Below are positions 40,952 through 51,382 of a stretch of 64,000 bases of DNA, piece after piece (within the stretch, counting starts at the first letter, position 1; every line of letters begins with the position of its first letter). The stretch covers positions 32,001 through 96,000 of the IMG/VR virus record IMGVR_UViG_3300025121_000027; one strand, 5' to 3'. Under the pieces are notes generated by a model, which did no database searches, was not told the DNA's origin, and worked only from the letters and a program-made list of their open reading frames with translations. The position numbers and the translations under genes were made by a program. The stretch is from a virus.

Positions 40952-42666
40952 TGAAGAATTTTGATCTATCTTTTATAATGAAGTTAGTGGATCGCTTCTC
41001 CAGTCCATTGAAGCAGTCTATGCATAACTTCAATAAATTCATGGATCAAGTTAAGAAGTCCGATACTGTCATGATGAAGTTTAGCGACAACATGAAAGAC
41101 ATCGGGCAGAAAGCTTCTCTTTATCTTACTGCTCCTATAGTTCTTGCTGGTGGTATGGCTGTAAAGACAGCTATCAGTTTTGAATCTGCTTGGACTGGTG
41201 TTGTTAAAACTGTGGATGCTTCCAAAGAAGAGCTTGACTCGATGAAGAAAAGCTTGGAAGCACTTGCAAGGGTTACGCCAATTCCGCAAGAAGATATAAT
41301 GAGAATTGCAGAAGCTGCTGGCCAGTTAAATATTAAAACACAGTTTATCCCAGGCTTTACAAGAGCAATGGCGGCGTTAGCGGCTACTACTAACTTAACA
41401 GTAGAAAGCGGCTCTGACGCTCTTGCTCGTTTTGCTAATGTCATGCAAATGCCCCAAGATCAATTTGAGAGACTTGCTTCTACTCTTGCAAGATTAGATG
41501 TTAATGCTCAAACTTCTGCTTCTGAAATTATGAACATGGCAACTTATTTTGCTGGTTCTGCTGCTCTTATTAAAATGACAGAATCGCAAACGCTTGGCCT
41601 TGCTGCTGCTTTAAGTTCTTTAGGTATTAGAGCCGAACTTGGCGGCGGTGCCATGAGTAGATTTATCATGGAGTTAGGCAAAGAAATTGGCACTGGCAGT
41701 AAACGTATGCGAGCTTTTGCAAAGATATCTAATTCGTCTGTTAAAGATTTTGAGAAGTTATGGAAGAAAGACGCACTTGAAGCAATACTAAAATTTGCAA
41801 AAGGATTGGATGGTCTTAATAAAAGCGGCAAGAATGTTTCTGCAATATTAGATGCTATGAAGTTTGACGGCGTAAGATTGGCTGAAACATTGCTTAAAAT
41901 GGCAGAGGGTGGGGATTTAGTCAGAGAAATTATAACAACAGGCAACAAAGAATGGGAGAAGCAAGGAGAACTTGTAAAGCAAACAGGTTTAAGATATGGG
42001 ACTACTGAATCCAAATTACAAATTTTTATAAATAGAGTAAAACAACTTTCTGCTGCTTTTGGAGATGAGCTACTTCCAAAACTTAATGAAGTAATGGATG
42101 GGCTTGAGCCGTTCATTGAACAGCTAAAATCAATGGATTCTCAAACAAAAACTTCTACTATAAAGATGGCTGCACTTGCTGCTGCTATTGGCCCATTATT
42201 AGTTGGTCTTGCTATTGTAACTAAATCTCTTGCAATCATTGCTGCTTCTCCTGCTTTTGCTTTGATAGTTGCTTCCTTTGCTGGAATTGCACTACAGATT
42301 AAAAATACTAATGATGAAATAGATAGATTTACTTTGAAGATAAAATCATTCAAAGAATTTTTAAACTTTATGAAAACAATTAAAGGTGCTAACTTCTTTT
42401 CTTCTCCTGTTACTATGGCAACTACTGCATATAGAGCATCTAAAAAATTGTCTGAATCGCTTTGGCCAAACGAACCAGGTTTAAAATCTTCTCATTCTAT
42501 TGATGGTGCATTAGCTCAATCTCATTCAAAAGCAGATGTAACAATTAGAGTGCAAGCAGAACAAGGAACGAATGCTCAAGTAGAAGATGTCAAGAAGAGT
42601 AGTGATTTTGGCCTAAAAATTTTAAGTGATTATATGCTTGGAAATCAACTTGGATATGGATATTAA
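40951..42666 (+). CDS. tape measure protein
   Basis: SLYLTAPI..FESAWTGVVKTVD, AEAAGQL; TP901-type core; synteny. Confidence 0.9.
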   Translation: MKNFDLSFIMKLVDRFSSPLKQSMHNFNKFMDQVKKSDTVMMKFSDNMKDIGQKASLYLTAPIVLAGGMAVKTAISFESAWTGVVKTVDASKEELDSMKKSLEALARVTPIPQEDIMRIAEAAGQLNIKTQFIPGFTRAMAALAATTNLTVESGSDALARFANVMQMPQDQFERLASTLARLDVNAQTSASEIMNMATYFAGSAALIKMTESQTLGLAAALSSLGIRAELGGGAMSRFIMELGKEIGTGSKRMRAFAKISNSSVKDFEKLWKKDALEAILKFAKGLDGLNKSGKNVSAILDAMKFDGVRLAETLLKMAEGGDLVREIITTGNKEWEKQGELVKQTGLRYGTTESKLQIFINRVKQLSAAFGDELLPKLNEVMDGLEPFIEQLKSMDSQTKTSTIKMAALAAAIGPLLVGLAIVTKSLAIIAASPAFALIVASFAGIALQIKNTNDEIDRFTLKIKSFKEFLNFMKTIKGANFFSSPVTMATTAYRASKKLSESLWPNEPGLKSSHSIDGALAQSHSKADVTIRVQAEQGTNAQVEDVKKSSDFGLKILSDYMLGNQLGYGY

Positions 42667-42668
42667 TT

Positions 42669-44078
42669 ATGACTTGGCGAGCTAACTTACAATTTGCATC
42701 TTTTAGAGGTGTTCCTTTTCATGTTCTTTCGCATGAAGCCTCTATCGGAAGAAGGAATGTAGTTCATCAATATCCATTCAAGGATGATCCGTATATAGAA
42801 GATTTAGGATTGGATACAGATGAATTTACTATTGAAGGCTACGTAATAGCAAATGAAGAAAATGATTATGATTATTTTTCACAAAGAAATAATCTAATAA
42901 CTGCTTTAAAACAAGCAGGGCCAGGAGCATTAAAACATCCTTATCTTGGAGAGAAATATGTTTCTCTTGTAGGCAAAGCAAGAATAAGAGAAATGTTTAA
43001 TGAAGGCGGCATTGCTCGCTTTACTATGACTTTCATGGTAACGAGCGATGCAATCTTTCCAAAGGAATCAATTGATACTTCTGGAGCAGTAGATAAAGCA
43101 TCGGAGAAGTTGATAGATACTGCGCTGGATTCTTTCTATGAGCAATATGATATGGAAGATGCTCCAGCTTTCAGTCTTGCGGGGATGATAGATGATTTTG
43201 ATTCTTATGTTTCTTTTGCAAAAAATAAAGTAAGTGCAATGCGTAATGCTTCTGGTTCTTCTTTAAGTTATGTTAAATCGACTTTTGACGATGCAAGAGA
43301 AGTAATGCTTGAAGTAGTTAGATACCCATGTCAAGTAGGTGCTTTGGTTTTTGATTGTGTTGATAGTATTTTAGAAGTAGCTAATATAGTAGGAAGTGGC
43401 TATCTTGGCCAAATACTCGGTCAATGTAGTGGGCAAATTATAAGCAGTAGATTGTCTTCGATAGGGGATAAAGTAAACGAAACCCTTGGGCAATCAATGG
43501 TGCTTTCTATGCTTGGCATAGTTGGCGTTAATGATGTAACAGGATTTGGAACAGCTTTCAATGCTTCCTCTGGTGGTGGTTCTCTTACAACTATCAACGT
43601 CTCTACGCACTCAACTGCAAGACAAGCAGCAAATAGATTAGCTTTTATTAATATGACTAAGGCAATGTATTTGGCTGGCTCTGTTCGTGCTGCTATTCGT
43701 TCTGAATATAGAAGTCTTTCGGATGTAGAAAAGATTAAGGCGCAGATTATAAATTCTATTGATTATATGATTGAAAAACTTGGAGACGAATCAGCAAGCG
43801 ATCCATATAAGAATTATGGCATCTATGTTGATAACAGAAATATTTATTCTGATATAGAAAATTTAAGAAGCGAATTTGCAAAAGCTATAAAGCAAAAGTT
43901 TATAAATCTTCCGTATGAAGTTGAAGAGGAAATATCTCCAGAAGGAACAACAATACTGCATTTAGCTTATGGCAAGTATTTAGATATCAGTAGAGATGAA
44001 GAAGTTTTCAAGCGCAACCAGCCAACACTTAAACATCCTGGCTTTGTACTTGATAATGTAAGGATGTTGTCTGAATGA
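42669..44078 (+). CDS. Mu gpN-like DNA circularisation/tail protein
   Basis: ASFRGVPF, GRRNVVHQYPFKDDPYIEDLG, GALKHPYLG, HPGFV. Confidence 0.9.
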   Translation: MTWRANLQFASFRGVPFHVLSHEASIGRRNVVHQYPFKDDPYIEDLGLDTDEFTIEGYVIANEENDYDYFSQRNNLITALKQAGPGALKHPYLGEKYVSLVGKARIREMFNEGGIARFTMTFMVTSDAIFPKESIDTSGAVDKASEKLIDTALDSFYEQYDMEDAPAFSLAGMIDDFDSYVSFAKNKVSAMRNASGSSLSYVKSTFDDAREVMLEVVRYPCQVGALVFDCVDSILEVANIVGSGYLGQILGQCSGQIISSRLSSIGDKVNETLGQSMVLSMLGIVGVNDVTGFGTAFNASSGGGSLTTINVSTHSTARQAANRLAFINMTKAMYLAGSVRAAIRSEYRSLSDVEKIKAQIINSIDYMIEKLGDESASDPYKNYGIYVDNRNIYSDIENLRSEFAKAIKQKFINLPYEVEEEISPEGTTILHLAYGKYLDISRDEEVFKRNQPTLKHPGFVLDNVRMLSE

Positions 44079-45163
44079 GTGAAATTATACTAAAAGTAAA
44101 TGGTAAAGAATTTTCTGGATGGAAAGAACTTGAGATCAATCAATCTCTGGACCAGCTTGCTTCTTCTTTTGCTTTTTCTTATACAGAAAAATATCCAAAT
44201 CAATTTGATTCTTTTGATTTTACCATGGGCGAAGAAGCAGTTGTAGAAATCAATGGAACAAGATTAATAACTGGATATGTAGAAGAAATAGATAAGAATT
44301 ATGATAGCTCTAATCATGTTCTGCAAATAAGAGGTAGAGATAAATTAGGTGATCTTGTTGATTGCTCTTATTATCAAGAAGGTAAAAGCGGGGAGTGGCT
44401 TAATCAAACAGTAGAAACATTAGTAAAGAATTTGGTTGCTCCTTTTGGCATATCTGTTGTTGTAGATGAAACAGTAAGAAGTACAGCGAACGAAAGACAT
44501 TCTTTTAAAATCAAAGAAGGAGATACTGTTGCTGATTCTCTTTCAAGATTAATGCGCTTATATGCTTTTCTTCCTGTTAGCTATGGCGATGGTAAATTGA
44601 CAATGACTCGCGCAGCATCAAATAGAAAAGCGGTCAATGCAATTGAAAGCGGAAAGAATGTTCTTGCTGGCAATTCTTATCAAAGCAATACGGAAAGATT
44701 TAGTAAGTATATAGTAAAAGGCTCTAATACCGGCGATCCTTTCCATGAATTAGAAACTTATATAGGCCCAAGTAGATATGCAGTGGACCCTATTATATCC
44801 AGAAGTAGACCGATAGTAATTATTCATGAAGATAAATCAGATAAAGCTAATTGCCAGAACAGAGCAGATTGGGAATCAATGGTTAGGGCTGGAAAGTCCA
44901 GATCATATAAGTATGTTATAAACGATTGGCTTCAAAAAGACGGAACGCCTTGGCCTTTAAATGCCACCTATTCGGTTGTTGATAGTATCAACAAAGTAAA
45001 TGGTTCTTTTCTTTCTTCTTCTATTATTTTTCGTTTGGGTGGTTGGGGAAAGATAACAGAAATTACTCTTGTAGATGAGAAGACATATAAGTTGATTAGA
45101 ATGCCAGAAAAGATAACTGGCTCAAATGACGACGTAGACATATTAGGAATGATAGGCGCATGA
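44075..45163 (+). CDS. baseplate hub (Mu gpP/gp44-like)
   Basis: FSGWKEL, ITGYVE, GRDKLGDLVDCS, ERFSKYIVKG. Confidence 0.9.
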   Translation: MSEIILKVNGKEFSGWKELEINQSLDQLASSFAFSYTEKYPNQFDSFDFTMGEEAVVEINGTRLITGYVEEIDKNYDSSNHVLQIRGRDKLGDLVDCSYYQEGKSGEWLNQTVETLVKNLVAPFGISVVVDETVRSTANERHSFKIKEGDTVADSLSRLMRLYAFLPVSYGDGKLTMTRAASNRKAVNAIESGKNVLAGNSYQSNTERFSKYIVKGSNTGDPFHELETYIGPSRYAVDPIISRSRPIVIIHEDKSDKANCQNRADWESMVRAGKSRSYKYVINDWLQKDGTPWPLNATYSVVDSINKVNGSFLSSSIIFRLGGWGKITEITLVDEKTYKLIRMPEKITGSNDDVDILGMIGA

Positions 45164-45867
45164 TTGAACCAATTTCCAGATTGCTTGCTCCGATAAAGAG
45201 ACAAATCTATATGCTTATAGGTAGGGCCATTGTCTCTTATATCGATAATTCAAAAAGTACTCAACTCTTACAATTAAGATTACTTGCAGATGAAATATCG
45301 AGCAATGTTGAAAGATTTGAGGAATATGGATTCACTACTTATCCATTGGTAAATTCTGAAGCATTGGCATCTTTCGTAAACGGCAATCGTAATCACGGAA
45401 TTATACTTTGTGTTCATGATAGAAGATATAGGCCAACTGATTTAGCTTCTGGAGAAGTGGCTATTTATACTCACGAGGATTTATCATCTCCTAACCATAG
45501 AATACACTTAAAATCCGGCAATGAAATAGAAACCAAGTGTCAAGATAAGGTAGATATTATCGGCGGAAATAAAACGGAAACCATTACAGGTAATAAGCAA
45601 GTAACTATAACAGGCAACCAGGGAAAGAACGCTGCCAATGATACAGAAACAATAACAACAAGCAAGCAAATTGTTGCCGCTGTTATTATTCTGAATGCTC
45701 CTTCTGTAACTCTTGGTGGCGCTTCTGGCACAGGGAAAACATTAGCTACAAGTGATATTGTATCTATCTTTAATAATCATACACATAATGAAACTGGCTC
45801 TGTAACAAATGCTCCAAATACTACTTTAGCCGCCGCCAATATGACTGCTAATGTAAAGGGTGTATAA
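45160..45867 (+). CDS. baseplate spike (Mu gp45/gpV-like)
   Basis: VERFEEYGF, DRRYRP..LASGEVAIY, C-terminal HTH metal-binding tip. Confidence 0.9.
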   Translation: MIEPISRLLAPIKRQIYMLIGRAIVSYIDNSKSTQLLQLRLLADEISSNVERFEEYGFTTYPLVNSEALASFVNGNRNHGIILCVHDRRYRPTDLASGEVAIYTHEDLSSPNHRIHLKSGNEIETKCQDKVDIIGGNKTETITGNKQVTITGNQGKNAANDTETITTSKQIVAAVIILNAPSVTLGGASGTGKTLATSDIVSIFNNHTHNETGSVTNAPNTTLAAANMTANVKGV

Positions 45868-46428
45868 ATGGCTGATGAAATCAAACTTTCTTGGGATGAG
45901 ATTTTTCTTGAAGCAGATATGTCTTATCTTAATGGAGACTTAGAGTCAGAAGCTGGATTTGCTTCTGCTGCTTTAATATCTCTTTTTACAGATAGAAGGG
46001 CATTAGATGATGATGAATTACCGGATTCAAATAGTCTTGATAAGCGCGGCTGGTGGGGGGATTTAGCTTCTCCAGAAGTTGATAATGATAGAATAGGTTC
46101 AAGGCTTTGGCTTTTAGAAAGATCAAAAACAATTCCTTCTATAGTTGTTAGTGCAAAGCAGTATGCAGAAGAATGTCTTCAGTGGATGATAGATGATAAA
46201 ATAGCCTATAAGATAGAAGTAGAATCAGAAAGACAAGAGCCTGTTGGAAGTGACAGACTTGCTTTAAGTGTTAAGATATACTTAATAAGCGGAACAACAA
46301 TAGCAATCTCTTTTAATAACGAATTAATAGTTCTATCTTCTAACTCTGCAAGAACTTTAATTGGAGTATATGGAGATAGTTGGCAAGGTACTGTTGCTAC
46401 ATGGCAAGATGGTCCTATAACGTGGTAG
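45868..46428 (+). CDS. Mu gp46-like baseplate protein
   Basis: ISLFTDRRA, RGWWGD, GSRLWLLER. Confidence 0.9.
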   Translation: MADEIKLSWDEIFLEADMSYLNGDLESEAGFASAALISLFTDRRALDDDELPDSNSLDKRGWWGDLASPEVDNDRIGSRLWLLERSKTIPSIVVSAKQYAEECLQWMIDDKIAYKIEVESERQEPVGSDRLALSVKIYLISGTTIAISFNNELIVLSSNSARTLIGVYGDSWQGTVATWQDGPITW

Positions 46429-46448
46429 GGTTTTGAGGAGAATTTGAT

Positions 46449-47543
46449 ATGCCTTTTACAAGACCAACTCTAACTGAATTGGTAGATAGAATCCAAAGCG
46501 ATATAGAGACTCATGTCACTAATGGGCAGTCTTTGCTTCGTAGAAGTGTTTTAAAAGTTTTGGCAAGAGTATATGCTGGCGTTGTTCATCTGTTATATAG
46601 TTATCTTGGATTCCAAGCAGAACAATTATTTGCTACTACTGCTGATGTTGAAGGTTTAGAAGCAATAGCGGATGAATATGGCATAAATAGAGTTGCTGCA
46701 AGTAAAGCTACGGGCTTACTGACTTTAACTGGAAGTGTTGGATTGATAATTCTTGCGGCTACAGAATTTCAATCTTCTGATGGGGTTACTTATGTTTCGG
46801 ATGAAGATGAGATTTTTGTTGGAACAAGTTTATCTATAGAAATAACAGCGAGCGAAGGTGGCGATAGTGGCAATCAAGATGCTGGCGCAATTCTATCTTT
46901 TGTTTCTCCTATTGCTGAAGTATCTTCTCAAGCAACAGTAGCTACTGGTGGCTTGACTGGCGGAGCGGATGAAGAAACAGACGATGATTTAAGGGAAAGA
47001 GTTCTTTTAAGGAAGCAATATCCTCCTTATGGTGGTTGCTCTTATGACTATTGGCGGTGGATGTTAGAGTATGCAGGGGTAACAAGAGCATGGGTTTTTC
47101 CAGCCTATAATGGCGCTGGTACTGTTGGTTGTGCTTTTGTTATGGATGATTCTACTCCTTATATTCCAAATGCTGCAACTGTTGCGCTTGTAAGAGCATA
47201 TCTTGTAGAGCATACAGATCCAGCAACAGATAGAACTGTTGGGATACCAGTTACAGCCGAGCCTGGTTTGTTCATGATTACTATTACAGAATTAACTATT
47301 AATATGACGATAAACATTTATCCAAATACAGCAGCGGTTCAAACCTTGGTTGAAGCAGAGATACAAGATTTAATCGACAGGCAAGGTGGGCTTGGCTCGA
47401 CAATATATTTATCAGATATACAAGCTGCATTAGGAAGAGTGTCCGACCTTGAATACTTTTCTCTTGTACTGCCTGTTGCTGATGTTACTACACTTACCAA
47501 TCAAATACATGCTCTTGGCACAATTACTTTTGGAGACTATTAA
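46449..47543 (+). CDS. baseplate J-like protein (Mu gp47)
   Basis: MPFTRPTL, GGADEETDDDLRER, GVTRAWV. Confidence 0.92.
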   Translation: MPFTRPTLTELVDRIQSDIETHVTNGQSLLRRSVLKVLARVYAGVVHLLYSYLGFQAEQLFATTADVEGLEAIADEYGINRVAASKATGLLTLTGSVGLIILAATEFQSSDGVTYVSDEDEIFVGTSLSIEITASEGGDSGNQDAGAILSFVSPIAEVSSQATVATGGLTGGADEETDDDLRERVLLRKQYPPYGGCSYDYWRWMLEYAGVTRAWVFPAYNGAGTVGCAFVMDDSTPYIPNAATVALVRAYLVEHTDPATDRTVGIPVTAEPGLFMITITELTINMTINIYPNTAAVQTLVEAEIQDLIDRQGGLGSTIYLSDIQAALGRVSDLEYFSLVLPVADVTTLTNQIHALGTITFGDY

Positions 47544-48310
47544 TGGCATATTCAGTTTCCGAATATTTAAAAATGTTTCTAAGCTTGTTCCCTCGTGGTA
47601 GAGCATGGTCCAGAGATGTAAATAGTGTTCTCTATAAACTATCAAATGCTCACGCCGAAGAACTTACAAGAATAGATATAAGAAGTGGCGATCTTCTTAT
47701 AGAAAGAGACACAAGAAAAACTTATGATCTTCTTACAGATCATGAAAGAGATTTAGGTTTGCCGGATGAATGTTCTTCTGTTAGTAGTACAATTACAGAA
47801 AGAAGATCAACTGCTTTCGCTAAATTTGTTTCAGAAGGGGGGTTAAATAAACAAGCCTATATTGATCTTGCAGAAGATTTAGGCTTTACCATTACTATTA
47901 CAGAATTTAAGCCATTCTGGTGCGGGTTAGGTGTTTCAGGAGAAGGGTGTGGAAATCAATCTAATATATTTTATTGGCAAGTAAACACTTATATAAATCC
48001 AGATGATTGGATTTACTTTACAAGTGGTAGCAGTCAGTGTGGAGATATGTTATCTGTTGTTGCTGGAACAGTAGAGCAACAATGTGTTTTAAATAAACAC
48101 AAGCCAGCGCATACGATTATTATTTTTGAATACTTTGGTCCAGAATACTCAGCAGCATTTAGTGGTGCTTTTAATTCTCTGCCATCAAGTGATCAAGCTT
48201 GGTTGCAAGGAGCATTTGATAGAAGTTTTGATAATTCTTTCACTGCATATTATGGCGGTGGTGAATTTGATAAACCAGCATTTGATGAAGCATTCTACAA
48301 ACCATTATAG
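47543..48310 (+). CDS. Mu gp48/YmfQ-like baseplate wedge protein with C-terminal extension
   Basis: LFPRGRAW, ERDLGLPDEC, KPAHT. Confidence 0.85.
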   Translation: MAYSVSEYLKMFLSLFPRGRAWSRDVNSVLYKLSNAHAEELTRIDIRSGDLLIERDTRKTYDLLTDHERDLGLPDECSSVSSTITERRSTAFAKFVSEGGLNKQAYIDLAEDLGFTITITEFKPFWCGLGVSGEGCGNQSNIFYWQVNTYINPDDWIYFTSGSSQCGDMLSVVAGTVEQQCVLNKHKPAHTIIIFEYFGPEYSAAFSGAFNSLPSSDQAWLQGAFDRSFDNSFTAYYGGGEFDKPAFDEAFYKPL

Positions 48311-48325
48311 AAAGGAAAACTAACA

Positions 48326-48877
48326 ATGGCCGATACGCAACGCACGAGAGCAGCAATTTTAGCTTTGTTCGCAGACAATGTAACAGGGCAGATTAGTGCT
48401 CAAGATTTAAGAGATTTTGTTGTAACTCTAATGAACTCTGAATTTGCTTATGAAGGCGATTTCTGGAGCCAGCCAGCTACTGCTCAACTTACGGCAGAAG
48501 GCGGCAGAGGATGGAAGATTTATAGTCAAGTAGTAGACAGCAATATTAGCTTTGGCAATATTCTTTATATGACTATCTCTGGTACTTGGAAAAATGCTGA
48601 TGTTATTTCCAACCCAAAGAATTGCTTGCTTGCTGCTGCAATGAGCAACATTACAAGTGGTGATAGCGGTATTCTGCTTAGAAGAGGATTGATCTTTAAA
48701 AGCGCATACAGCGGCATATTCAGTGGTTTTCTCGGTCAGCCAGTCTATTTAGCTTCTGTTGCCGGTGGTAGTATTTCTGTTACAATTACTACAAGCGTAA
48801 AGATCATTGGTGTTGTAGAAAATGAAGCAAATGGTATCTATCGCTTTGAGCCTGATTGGAGTGTTGTCGGTTCTTAA
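48326..48877 (+). CDS. putative virion accessory protein
   Basis: DNVTGQISAQDLRD N-terminus; cement-like C-terminus. Confidence 0.45.
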   Translation: MADTQRTRAAILALFADNVTGQISAQDLRDFVVTLMNSEFAYEGDFWSQPATAQLTAEGGRGWKIYSQVVDSNISFGNILYMTISGTWKNADVISNPKNCLLAAAMSNITSGDSGILLRRGLIFKSAYSGIFSGFLGQPVYLASVAGGSISVTITTSVKIIGVVENEANGIYRFEPDWSVVGS

Positions 48878-48901
48878 TAGTTTTTTAAAAGGAGACAATA
48901 T

Positions 48902-49129
48902 ATGCATAGAACAGAAGGAACAAATCATAATTTAGGAATGTTTACCAACGGCCCTCCTGCAACTTGCGTCGAAGAAGATTGGCTAAATGCTGTTCAAGAA
49001 GAAATAGCAAAAGTAATAGAAGATTCAGGATTAGCATTGAAAACAGCGACAACTGAAACAAGAGATCAACTATCAGCAGCAATTACAGCTTTGATAGATG
49101 CAAGGTTATCTTACCATAGTTTGATTTAA
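48902..49129 (+). CDS. stand-alone tail-fibre N-terminal anchor domain (paralog of next gene)
   Basis: MHRTEG..GPP..VEEDWLNAVQEEI..QL..AI. Confidence 0.7.
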   Translation: MHRTEGTNHNLGMFTNGPPATCVEEDWLNAVQEEIAKVIEDSGLALKTATTETRDQLSAAITALIDARLSYHSLI

Positions 49130-49143
49130 AGTGGAGACAATAT

Positions 49144-50025
49144 ATGCATAGAACAGAAGGTGAAAATAATAGTGGAGGAATGTTTATTGATGGTCCTCCA
49201 GGCACAAGAGTTGAAGAAGATTGGCTTAATTCTGTTCAAGAAGAAATAATCAAAGTAATAGAAGAAGGAGGGGAAACTCTTAAAGTAGCAACTACAGACA
49301 CAAGAGATCAATTGTATACAGCTATTTCAAACTTGATTGATGATGAAGCGGCAATTAGAGCTTCTTCTGGTTTAAGGACTATATCTGTATTGACTTCTGG
49401 CGTTGCTGCTACATATAGCGTTCCTTCTGGTTGTACTCGTTTAATGGTAACGGTCATTGGCGCAGGTGGTGGCGCCGGTGGAATTGATGGCCAAGGAGCA
49501 AGTACTTCTGCTGCAAGTGCTGCTGGCGGTGGTGGTGGATGGTGTCGTAAATTGATAACAAGTCCAGCAAGTTCATACACTTATACAATTGGCGCTGGCG
49601 GCGCTGGCGGTGCTTCTGGAGACAATGCAGGGTCAGCAGGTGGTAGCACTTCTTTTGCTGGTGGTAGTATTTCTCTATCTGCTACTGGAGGCGGGTTAGG
49701 ACTTGGTCATACTGGTTTTGCTGGTAATCAAGTTGGGAATGGTACTGCTGCTTCTCCAGGGGCTGGCTCTGGTGGCGACATTAACGGAAGAGGTCTTCCG
49801 TCTCATGGGCGATCTATTGTTGGTGGATATATAGCTGGTATTCCTGTATCTGGATGTTGTCCTGTTATTGGTGGTGGTAAATTGCCAAAGCTTGACGACA
49901 ATGGAGAAAACGCAACAGCATACGGAGAAGGCGGCGGTGCTGCATTTTCAAGAGATGCTTCTGATAATTATTCTGGTGGCAATGGTTTTCAAGGAGTAAT
50001 TATTGTTGAGGAGTATTATAACTAA
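49144..50025 (+). CDS. Gly-rich tail fibre protein
   Basis: Mu gp49-like anchor WLNSVQEEI followed by a glycine-rich domain ending GVIIVEEY. Confidence 0.8.
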   Translation: MHRTEGENNSGGMFIDGPPGTRVEEDWLNSVQEEIIKVIEEGGETLKVATTDTRDQLYTAISNLIDDEAAIRASSGLRTISVLTSGVAATYSVPSGCTRLMVTVIGAGGGAGGIDGQGASTSAASAAGGGGGWCRKLITSPASSYTYTIGAGGAGGASGDNAGSAGGSTSFAGGSISLSATGGGLGLGHTGFAGNQVGNGTAASPGAGSGGDINGRGLPSHGRSIVGGYIAGIPVSGCCPVIGGGKLPKLDDNGENATAYGEGGGAAFSRDASDNYSGGNGFQGVIIVEEYYN

Positions 50026-50525
50026 TGCTTAAAGTAGCAGTATTAGACAAAAACAATATAGTAACAAACATAGGAATAATTAATAGTATTAATGAGCGTC
50101 CAAACAATGCTGTTGTCATTCAAGATAGACAAGCTTGCAATATTGGATGGAGATATAATGGTAGTTCTTTTTCTTCTGTCAATTCACAATCTGAAATTCC
50201 TATTGGGAAAAGAAGAGAGAATGCTTGGAAGCGCTTAGAATTTAATATGCATTCTTATATTTTTGTTGCTTGTGATTTTCCACAGCCTACTCAAATTACT
50301 TTACAGGCAATTTTTGTTGATCCAGATAGTAACAACCAACAGCGAGCAGCTTGTAAATCTATTTTTGATTGGATTAAAAATACTGTTTTGTTGTATTATT
50401 ATACTAAAAAAATAGAGATAATGACATCTGAAAATCCAGAAAGTGTAACTTGGAATTTCCCTGCAAATTGCAATTCGTCCGCACCAAAGATCACGTTAGC
50501 ACAAATACTGCGAATGGGTATGTAA
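50025..50525 (+). CDS. putative tail-fibre assembly protein
   Basis: NIVTN..IGWRYNGSSF; follows the fibre gene. Confidence 0.5.
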   Translation: MLKVAVLDKNNIVTNIGIINSINERPNNAVVIQDRQACNIGWRYNGSSFSSVNSQSEIPIGKRRENAWKRLEFNMHSYIFVACDFPQPTQITLQAIFVDPDSNNQQRAACKSIFDWIKNTVLLYYYTKKIEIMTSENPESVTWNFPANCNSSAPKITLAQILRMGM

Positions 50526-50530
50526 TTAAT

Positions 50531-51064
50531 ATGGACCTATACTACAAATATCAAAGCCAATTTGGCCACGCAGATTTAATAGAGTTTGCTCCAGACACTT
50601 TAGTTGGTTTTGCAATTAGAATGTTTACTGGGAAAAATGTTAGCCATACTGCCGGTGTTGCTTTGATGCAGCTTGTAGGAGATAACGAAGAAAGAAGATA
50701 TATTTGGGAAGCAGATAAGAACGGTTTTCATTTATCTTATCTTTCTGATGTTGTTAGTGGATATAATGGTACTGTTTATTGGCTTCAATTAAAAGAAGAA
50801 TACAAAGACTATAGATTAAAGATAGTGCAACAAGCAAAGAAACTTGAAGGCAAACATTATGATTATATAAACCTAATTCGTAATGCAAGAAGACCAGTAA
50901 AACTTGATGATAAAGATATCTTCTGCTCTGAAGGCTGGCATATTTCGATTGTTAGAACTGGATTAATTACAGAAGAACTTACAGGCGGATATGCTTTACG
51001 CCCTGGAGAATTTGATAGAATAGGAATATATAATTCTCCTATATGTATACACAATAAGGAGTAA
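50531..51064 (+). CDS. permuted papain-like (YiiX/NlpC-P60-type) enzyme
   Basis: SHTAG, GKHYDY, FCSE (His before Cys); likely start MDLYY. Confidence 0.65.
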   Translation: MDLYYKYQSQFGHADLIEFAPDTLVGFAIRMFTGKNVSHTAGVALMQLVGDNEERRYIWEADKNGFHLSYLSDVVSGYNGTVYWLQLKEEYKDYRLKIVQQAKKLEGKHYDYINLIRNARRPVKLDDKDIFCSEGWHISIVRTGLITEELTGGYALRPGEFDRIGIYNSPICIHNKE

Positions 51065-51066
51065 TT

Positions 51067-51294
51067 ATGGAATGGAAAGAAATTTTATATTGGTTTTCTG
51101 ATGTAAGTATTATGTCGATATTAGATATAATCAGAAAAGACTTTTTGATAATGGTTTTTATGTTTGGTGGTGCCGTTGTTTATCTTATCAAGAAATTTAC
51201 TACTTGGACTCCGTGGACGAGCGATGACGATATAGCAGATAAGATAGGGAAATACTTTGGTCTTAATAAAAAAGAAGAAGATAAAAAGGAATGA
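51067..51294 (+). CDS. putative holin-like membrane protein
   Basis: one TM segment, TPWTSDD, charged C-tail; last gene of the late operon. Confidence 0.4.
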   Translation: MEWKEILYWFSDVSIMSILDIIRKDFLIMVFMFGGAVVYLIKKFTTWTPWTSDDDIADKIGKYFGLNKKEEDKKE

Positions 51295-51325
51295 AAAATA
51301 TATTAGTTTGTTTTATGTGTAGATA

Positions 51326-51366
51326 AAATAGTGCTTGCATTAATAATAAGTACGCAAGCACTATTT
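51326..51366. terminator. bidirectional terminator between convergent blocks
   Basis: 13-bp inverted repeat AAATAGTGCTTGC/GCAAGCACTATTT. Confidence 0.75.
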
Positions 51367-51382
51367 AGCTATGATTTTGCTA

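Noticed and set aside
48889-49345. Diversity-generating retroelement TR/VR pair
   Set aside because: The duplicate is N-terminal, differences are not adenine-specific, and there is no reverse transcriptase in the window.
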